A DNA stretch of 64,000 bases. Source: Christensenellales bacterium (lineage in GTDB: Bacteria > Bacillota > Clostridia > Christensenellales > UBA1431). The notes below the pieces were generated by a model. It ran no database searches. It was not told the origin of the DNA and saw only the letters and a program-made list of their open reading frames with translations. Of the stretch, positions 57,704 through 64,000 are shown one piece after another (position 1 is the stretch's first letter; every line of letters begins with the position of its first letter). The stretch covers positions 1,365 through 65,364 of the forward strand of contig JAXGXY010000007.1 of NCBI GenBank assembly GCA_040772545.1, given 5' to 3'. The translations under genes were made by a program, and so were the position numbers.

Positions 57704-59733
57704 GTACTAACCACCCCATCCGATGTAATCTCCACGCCAGGCTCTAGTTCGTTGAAGGAAAGAACCGTGAGGTCCGGCGCCATCTGTTCCGTCACGCGCT
57801 TGAAATGCCGCCGCACCATCGGCGACGTCAGCACGACGGGCACGCGCCCGAGGTCGGCCATGCGTCCTATGGCACGCTTCAGGCTAGTGAAAATCTTTTT
57901 AAGGACGTCCGGCTCGAGTGCGACGAACGAGCCGTGGTCGCTCTGGCGCACATGGTCGAGGATCGTCTGTTCGAGTTCGGCGTCCAGCGATACGACCCTG
58001 ATCTTCTTGTCGGCCGCGAACTGCCTGGTGATCGAGCGCTTGAGGTTCTGGCGCACGTATTCGGTGAGCATCTCGGGGTCGTGCGTGAGCCGTCCGTAGT
58101 CGCCGAGCGTTTCGAGTATCGTGACCATGTCGCGGATGCTGATGCCTTCCTTGAGGAGGTTTGCGAGCACCTTCTGTATCTCGCCCAGCGTGAACATCTT
58201 GGGCGTCACTTCGTCCACCAGCGCCGCCTGCGTGCCCCTGAGGTTGTCGAGGAGCGCCTGCACCTGCTGCCGCCCGATCAGTTCGTGGCCGTAGCGTTTG
58301 ATGATCTCCGTCAGGTGCGTTGCGATGACCGATGGCGGGTCGATCGTATTGTAGCCCAATGCCTCGGCATGCTCGCGTTCGGACTCGCCGATCCATACCG
58401 CGGGCAGGCCGAAGGCGGGTTCCACCGTTTCGATGCCCGTGAGCTCGCCCGTCGCGTTCCCGGCGTTGAGGGCCATCACGTGGTCCGCGATCACTTCCCC
58501 GCCGGACACCTCCACGCCCTTGATCTTGATGACGTACCTGTTGGTGCCCAGCTGGATGTTGTCCCTAAGGCGTATCACCGGGACGATGATGCCCAGTTCC
58601 ATCGCGCACTGCCGCCGTATCATCACGACGCGGTCCAATAGGTCGCCTCCCTGGCTGGCGTCCACCAGCGGAAGGATGCCGTAGCCGAACTCGAGCTCGA
58701 TCGGGTCGACGTGCAGCAGCGACATGACGTTCTCGGGCTTTCGCTTCTCCTCGGCGAGGGCCTGCGTGACGTCCTCCTCCTCGGTCCGGACCGCGCGGGC
58801 GGCCGCCCGGTGCTGCATGTACCCCAGCGTGCCGAACAGCGTGGCGAGCAGCAGTATCGTGAGCGTCGGCAGCCCGGGGATCAGGCTGAAGAGCGCGAGC
58901 ATCCCGCCGAGTATCATCAGCACCATCGGATGCGTGAACACCTGCGTCGTGATGTCCCTGCCCATCGTGCTCTCGGTCTCTGCGCGCGTCACGATGATGC
59001 CCGTGGAAGTCGAGATCAAGAGCGCGGGGATCTGGGCCACCAGCCCGTCGCCCACGGTCGCGCGCGTGTACACCTCGATGACCTGGGAAAAGTCCATGTT
59101 GCCCTGCGTCGAGCCGATGATGATCCCGCCCACGATGTTGACCGCGATGATGATGATGGAGACGATCGCGTCGCCCTTGACGAACTTGCTCGCGCCGTCC
59201 ATCGCCCCGTAGAAGTCCGCCTCCTTCTGGATGCCGGTCCGCCGCTGCCTGGCCTGGTTTTCGTCGATGATCCCGGCGTTGAGGTCGGCGTCGATCGCCA
59301 TCTGTTTGCCCGGCATCGCGTCCAGCGTGAACCGCGCCCCGACCTCGGCCACACGCTCGGAACCCTTGGTGATGACGATGAACTGGATCACGATGATGAT
59401 GAGGAACAGCACCAGCCCGACCACGAGGTTGTCGCCGATCACGAAGCTGCCGAAGGTATGGATCACGTTGCCCGCGTCCCCGTTGTTGCCCAGGATCAGC
59501 CGTGTCGACGATATGTTCAGCGCGAGCCTGAACAGCGTGACGATCAGCAGCACGGACGGGAACGTCGAAAACTGCATCGCGCTCTTGGCGTAGAGCGTCA
59601 CCAGCATGATGAGGACCGAGAGCGAGATGTTTATTACCAGCAGCACGTCCAGCAGAAAAGGCGCGAGGGGCAGCACGATCAGCAGGATGATGACCAGTAT
59701 CGCTATGGCTATTGAAACGTCCGAGAGCTTCAT
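57700..59733 (-). CDS. flhA: Export gate protein FlhA
   Basis: ITKGSERVAEVGARFTLDAMPGKQMAIDADL, FYGAMDGASKFVKGDA. Confidence 0.97.
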   Translation of the reverse strand: MKLSDVSIAIAILVIILLIVLPLAPFLLDVLLVINISLSVLIMLVTLYAKSAMQFSTFPSVLLIVTLFRLALNISSTRLILGNNGDAGNVIHTFGSFVIGDNLVVGLVLFLIIIVIQFIVITKGSERVAEVGARFTLDAMPGKQMAIDADLNAGIIDENQARQRRTGIQKEADFYGAMDGASKFVKGDAIVSIIIIAVNIVGGIIIGSTQGNMDFSQVIEVYTRATVGDGLVAQIPALLISTSTGIIVTRAETESTMGRDITTQVFTHPMVLMILGGMLALFSLIPGLPTLTILLLATLFGTLGYMQHRAAARAVRTEEEDVTQALAEEKRKPENVMSLLHVDPIELEFGYGILPLVDASQGGDLLDRVVMIRRQCAMELGIIVPVIRLRDNIQLGTNRYVIKIKGVEVSGGEVIADHVMALNAGNATGELTGIETVEPAFGLPAVWIGESEREHAEALGYNTIDPPSVIATHLTEIIKRYGHELIGRQQVQALLDNLRGTQAALVDEVTPKMFTLGEIQKVLANLLKEGISIRDMVTILETLGDYGRLTHDPEMLTEYVRQNLKRSITRQFAADKKIRVVSLDAELEQTILDHVRQSDHGSFVALEPDVLKKIFTSLKRAIGRMADLGRVPVVLTSPMVRRHFKRVTEQMAPDLTVLSFNELEPGVEITSDGVVST

Positions 59734-59734
59734 C

Positions 59735-60814
59735 TTATCCTCCAACCGCCGCCGTACCCCTGAGCCGGTACAGATACGCAAGTATCTCGGCCACGGCCTG
59801 GTACATCTGCGGCGGGATCGCTTCCCCGATTTCGCACGCCGCGTACAGCGCGCGCGCCACCGGCTTGTTCTCCACGGTCACGATGTTGTATTCGGCCGCC
59901 TGTTCCCGTATCCGCAGCGCGACGAGGTCCTTCCCCTTCGCGACCACCGTCGGCGCCTCGTCCCTGCCCTCTTCGTAGCGGAGCGCCACGGCGTAATGGG
60001 TCGGGTTCGTGATGACCACGTCGGCCTCCCTGAGCATCTGCATCATGCGCGCGAGCCCGATCTGGCGCTGCTTCTGCCTGATCCTCCCCTTGACCTGCGG
60101 GTCGCCCTCCACGCGCTTGTACTCGTCCTTGACCTCCTGCTTGGTCATGCGCAGGTCCTTTTCGTACTTCCACCACTGGTACACGTAGTCAAAGCCCGCT
60201 ATGATCGCCAGCGCGATGCCCAGCTTGAACGCCAGCCCCATGATCGCCGAGATGATCTGCCCGGCCATCTCCACGACGTTGCCGGCCATCATGTTGCTGA
60301 AGACGCCGAGGTTCTGCTCGATCTCCGAGTACGCGATGAGCCCCAATACGACCATCTTGAGGATCGACTTGCCCAGTTGCATGAGCGAGCGCGTGGAGAA
60401 GATGCGCTTGAACCCCTGCAGCGGGCTGATCCTGTTGAGCTTGGGCTTGGCGGCCTTCGACGAGAACAGAAGCCCCGTTTGCAGGAAGTTGACCAGCAGG
60501 GCGGCGAGCACGGCCGCGATCAGCACCGGCGATAGCGTGATGATGAACGCCAGCACGGCGTCCTGCAGCATGACGCCCGCGTTGGCCTGCGTGAGGCTGC
60601 GATGCGCGACCCCGGGGGAGAAGAAGTGGAGGAGCAGGCCTTTCATCTGCTGGAGAATCCCCCCGCCGAAGACCTGCCAGACGCCGAACATTATGAGCAG
60701 CGCCAGCGCCGTGTTCACTTCGTTGCTCTTTCGTACTTGGCCGCGCTCCCGAGCTTCCTTTCGTTTTCTCGGTGTCGCCTTCTCTGTTCTTTCCCCGGCC
60801 GTTTTCTGGCTCAT
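59735..60814 (-). CDS. flhB: Export switch protein FlhB
   Basis: TEKATPRK, EGDPQVK, VITNPTHYAVAL. Confidence 0.97.
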   Translation of the reverse strand: MSQKTAGERTEKATPRKRKEARERGQVRKSNEVNTALALLIMFGVWQVFGGGILQQMKGLLLHFFSPGVAHRSLTQANAGVMLQDAVLAFIITLSPVLIAAVLAALLVNFLQTGLLFSSKAAKPKLNRISPLQGFKRIFSTRSLMQLGKSILKMVVLGLIAYSEIEQNLGVFSNMMAGNVVEMAGQIISAIMGLAFKLGIALAIIAGFDYVYQWWKYEKDLRMTKQEVKDEYKRVEGDPQVKGRIRQKQRQIGLARMMQMLREADVVITNPTHYAVALRYEEGRDEAPTVVAKGKDLVALRIREQAAEYNIVTVENKPVARALYAACEIGEAIPPQMYQAVAEILAYLYRLRGTAAVGG

Positions 60815-61608
60815 GCCGCACCTATCAGTCCGCTAAAAAGCTGTTCTATGGCCGAAAACATGTTCGAGAAGATCGTCCCGGCGAACCCCACGAAGACCGG
60901 CATCATCACGAGGAGCATCACGAGCCCGATGAGGATCTTCACCGGTATGCCCACCACGAACACGTTCATCTGCGGCACCGTCCGCAACAACACGCCCATC
61001 GCCGCCTCGCCCAGGAGCGCCGCCGCGATAATGGGGATGGCCACGTTCACGGCCAGCAGGAAGGAGAGCGCGAACACCTCCGCCGCCGCCAGCCCGATGT
61101 CCGGCGAGATCACGACCTGTCCCAACGGTATCTGCTCCACGGTGACGCTCAGGATGCGGATAAGCATGTGGTGCCCGTTGACCCCGAAAAACGCGAGGAT
61201 GAGGATGAGGTTTAGAAGGTTCCCCACCATGGGCACCTGCGCCTCGTTCTGCACGTCGGTCACGCCCGCCATCCCCAGCCCCATGTGCATGTCTATGATC
61301 TGGCCGGACGTGAACACCAGTCCGAAAAACGCGGTGGTCACGAACCCGATAATCAGGCCGAACGCCAGTTCCTTGATGCACATGAACCCGTAGACGATCG
61401 CGTTGTTGCCGTATTCGAGCGGCGCCGCCGGCGGGTAGGTCATGTACAGGATGTAGGTCAGCAGCAGGCAAAACCCTATCTTAACAAGCGCCGGTATGTT
61501 CCTGCGGCCGAATATCGGGGACGAGAAGATCAGCGCCGAAACGCGGAGCATCAGCAGCAGGAACACGTCCAGTTTCAGGGGAAGCAGGTTTTGCAGCGTC
61601 TCCAGCAT
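60811..61608 (-). CDS. fliR: Export protein FliR
   Basis: PIFG...IP..VK, GQIID..MG, R.VPQMNVF.VG.P. Confidence 0.95.
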   Translation of the reverse strand: MLETLQNLLPLKLDVFLLLMLRVSALIFSSPIFGRRNIPALVKIGFCLLLTYILYMTYPPAAPLEYGNNAIVYGFMCIKELAFGLIIGFVTTAFFGLVFTSGQIIDMHMGLGMAGVTDVQNEAQVPMVGNLLNLILILAFFGVNGHHMLIRILSVTVEQIPLGQVVISPDIGLAAAEVFALSFLLAVNVAIPIIAAALLGEAAMGVLLRTVPQMNVFVVGIPVKILIGLVMLLVMMPVFVGFAGTIFSNMFSAIEQLFSGLIGAA

Positions 61609-61617
61609 GGGCCCCGG

Positions 61618-61887
61618 TCACCCGACCATCGTGCTCGCGTACCCGAACACCCTCGTCGCGAACTCGGTGAGGGCCGAGAGCATCCAGCCCCCGAATATCA
61701 GCAACGCGAGGAACACGCCCACGATCTTCGGGACGAAAGCCAGCGTTTGCTCGTTGATCTGCGTCGTGGCCTGGAAGATGGACACCACGACGCCTATCAC
61801 CAGCGCGATGCCCAGCAGCGGCGCCGCAACGGACAGGATGGTCACGACGGCGTCCTGCGCGACCTGTATCACCTGGCCCTGTTCCAT
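61618..61887 (-). CDS. fliQ: Export protein FliQ
   Basis: FQATTQINEQTLAFVPK. Confidence 0.96.
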   Translation of the reverse strand: MEQGQVIQVAQDAVVTILSVAAPLLGIALVIGVVVSIFQATTQINEQTLAFVPKIVGVFLALLIFGGWMLSALTEFATRVFGYASTMVG

Positions 61888-61943
61888 ATTCCCGTTCCCC
61901 CTCCATGTCGTCTCCCGGTCATATAATCAGCCGTTTCCCGCCG

Positions 61944-62693
61944 CTATCCGAACCCGGTGACCAGCGTCTGCACCGTGAGCATCCAGCCGTCCACCAGCAC
62001 GAACAGCAGGACCTTGAAGGGCAGGGAGATGATCGTGGGCGGCAGCATCATCATGCCCATCGACATCAGCGCGCTGGCCACGATCATGTCGATCACGATG
62101 AACGGGATGTAGAGCAGGAACCCGATCTGGAACGCGCGCTTGATCTCGCTGGTGACGAAGGCGGGCATGAGCACCTCCGTCGGGACGTCCTCGAGCTTCT
62201 CCGCCTCCACGGACGCCACGCCCTGGAAGAACTTCAGGTCCTCCTTGAACGTCTGGCGGAACATGAAGTCCCGTACGGGCTCGAGCGCCTTTTCCACCGC
62301 CTCCTCCTGCGAGATCTCGTTGGCGACGTAGGGCTGGTACGCCTGCTCGTCTATTTTGGCCAGCACCGGGCTCATCACGAAGAACGTGAGGATCAGCGCG
62401 ATCCCGACCAGCACCTGGTTGGGCGGCATCTGCTGCAGCCCGAGCGCGTTCCTTACGAACGAGAGCACGATGATGATCCGCGTGAACGACGTGAACATGA
62501 TGAGGATCGACGGCAGCAGGGTCAGCAGGGTTAAAAGCCCGAGTATGTCCAGCGTCTCCGACCTCGAGCCCAGCAGCCCGCCGAGCGGTTCTGCGGTCGT
62601 GCTCCTCGCGTCCGCCGACGAACAGCCGGCCAGCAGGATCACCGCCAAAAGGAGAAGGGCGAACAGGATCGCGCGTTTACGCTTTGCACTCAC
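61944..62693 (-). CDS. fliP: Export protein FliP
   Basis: TSFTRIIIV, QQMPPNQVL, PAF..SE, MGMMMLPP..ISLPFK. Confidence 0.96.
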   Translation of the reverse strand: MSAKRKRAILFALLLLAVILLAGCSSADARSTTAEPLGGLLGSRSETLDILGLLTLLTLLPSILIMFTSFTRIIIVLSFVRNALGLQQMPPNQVLVGIALILTFFVMSPVLAKIDEQAYQPYVANEISQEEAVEKALEPVRDFMFRQTFKEDLKFFQGVASVEAEKLEDVPTEVLMPAFVTSEIKRAFQIGFLLYIPFIVIDMIVASALMSMGMMMLPPTIISLPFKVLLFVLVDGWMLTVQTLVTGFG

Positions 62694-63178
62694 TCGTCTT
62701 CTTCCTTTCGTCTGTGTTCCTGGCGATACCGGCGAAGGAGTTCCTCGTTCTCGCGTTTCCTCTGCATGAGCCTCTTCCACGCGCCGCGCGCCTTTTTGAT
62801 CGAAAAACCCTTCTTTTCTCGGGCCTCTTCGGCCTCATCGCCGTCTGCGGGCGGTTCCTTCCCGCGCACGGCCCCGGCCATGAACGAGGAGAACGCCGGC
62901 TGTTTCTTTTCGCCGGGGTCGACCTCTTCGTCGATCTCGGGCTTGCCGAGGATGCTGATCTGCTGGTTCGTCGCCCCCAGCAGGTAGTATTTCTTCCCTA
63001 CCTTCACCAGGTAGACCGTCTTGTCCCTGGCGAGCATAAGGCGGTCGGCCACGTGCATGTGCCGGCTCTTCGCCGACTTCAGGCCTCTTTTCGAGATATA
63101 CCTCGCGGTGAAGTAGGCCGCGGCCAGCACCGCCGCGAAAATAAGCAACTGGAAGATGATGTCCTTATAACCCCCCAT
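62690..63178 (-). CDS. fliO: FliO/FliZ family protein
   Basis: N-terminal TM, DR..L..DK.V.LV.VG...YLLG; upstream of fliP. Confidence 0.85.
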   Translation of the reverse strand: MGGYKDIIFQLLIFAAVLAAAYFTARYISKRGLKSAKSRHMHVADRLMLARDKTVYLVKVGKKYYLLGATNQQISILGKPEIDEEVDPGEKKQPAFSSFMAGAVRGKEPPADGDEAEEAREKKGFSIKKARGAWKRLMQRKRENEELLRRYRQEHRRKEEDE

Positions 63179-63352
63179 GTGTTTCCCCTTTCGGGCAAAG
63201 CACCGCCCGTACCGTCGCGCATCCTTTTCGCGCGCGGATGGATTTTCCGGTTTTTTCCCGGGTCCGTCCGTTTCGTATGTTTTTTCTGCCTCCGGCGGCT
63301 GCGGGCCTTTTTTGCCGCCGCCGCGCTTTATCGATGTGTTTTCGTTTCCCTG

Positions 63353-63655
63353 TTACACCTGCATGTGCATGATCTCGTTGTACGCGTCAATCACCTTGTT
63401 GCGTATCTGCACCGTAAGCTGCAGCGCCAGTTCCGCCTTTTGCGCGTCGATCATCGCCGTGTGCAGGCTGTCCTCGCTGCCCGAGAGCAGCATCGCGTTG
63501 CTTTTTGCGTCGGCCGCTTCCGTCCCGGAAGCCTGGTTGATCGCGTCGCCCAGCACGTTCCTGAAGCTTTCGCCGCCGCCCGAGGCGCTTTTTTCGCCGC
63601 CTAATGAATGAACGAGGGCGTTTTGGGCCGACACCGCGTCTATCGACAGGTTCAT
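63353..63655 (-). CDS. fliE: Hook-basal body protein FliE
   Basis: F..L..AI, LH..MI..QKA.L.L..T.Q.RNK...AY.EIM.MQV. Confidence 0.95.
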   Translation of the reverse strand: MNLSIDAVSAQNALVHSLGGEKSASGGGESFRNVLGDAINQASGTEAADAKSNAMLLSGSEDSLHTAMIDAQKAELALQLTVQIRNKVIDAYNEIMHMQV

Positions 63656-63660
63656 TTACT

Positions 63661-64000
63661 TCACCTTCCTATTTCCAGCGCTTTGAGGCACATATCCTTG
63701 CTTGCGTTGATCGCCGTGACGTTGGCCTCGTAAGCCCTGGACGCGGAGATCATGTCCACCATCTCGGTCACGACGTCCACGTTGGGCTTCTCGACGTACC
63801 CCTGGGCGTTCGCGTCGGGGTGGTCGGGGTCGTATGCGAGCTTCAACGGGGACGGGTCCTCCGCCACGCCCGTCACGCGCACGCCCCCGGGAGCCCCGCC
63901 GGCGGCGCTGCTGAGGTGCGAGGAGAACGATTCGCCCGGCTGCTGTTCGAAAACGGTCACCCTCCTGCGGTACGGTTCGCCGTTCTCCGTCCTGGTCGTG
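63661..64000 (-). CDS. flgC: Basal-body rod protein FlgC (5'-partial)
   Basis: [17 protein letters not shown]...GYV..PNV....[14 protein letters not shown]. Confidence 0.95.
   Translation of the reverse strand, partial: TTRTENGEPYRRRVTVFEQQPGESFSSHLSSAAGGAPGGVRVTGVAEDPSPLKLAYDPDHPDANAQGYVEKPNVDVVTEMVDMISASRAYEANVTAINASKDMCLKALEIGR

Overview
GC-rich chromosomal window from a probably spore-forming, motile Clostridia-class Firmicute (taxonomy inferred from gene content). 1-3.9 kb is a scrambled phage-packaging remnant: TerL C-terminus, a SLOG/DUF1273 gene, degenerate 25-nt tandem repeats plus an interspersed palindromic element, a TerS-like HTH gene, two paralogous lipoproteins, a RinA/ArpU-like activator and an orphan structured RNA. 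4-14.7 kb holds metabolic and envelope genes (DUF89, OYE, GNAT, NlpC/P60, rubredoxin-FprA, ComEC-like MBL/DUF3006, an LPxTG beta-helix protein, small ORFs). 14.8-24 kb is a T-box-controlled ilvBNCD-cimA-leuCD operon followed by trxA. 24-28.2 kb has an InlB-B-repeat LPxTG adhesin under two tandem c-di-GMP-I riboswitches, then a PilZ-like gene. 28.4-32.4 kb has a CoA-persulfide-reductase-type fusion, a Crp/Fnr regulator and a HAD hydrolase. 32.6-64 kb is a rearranged flagellar cluster with no che genes, a phosphatase-degenerate FliY and a Na+-type stator. All calls are by-eye motif recognition; no database searches were run.
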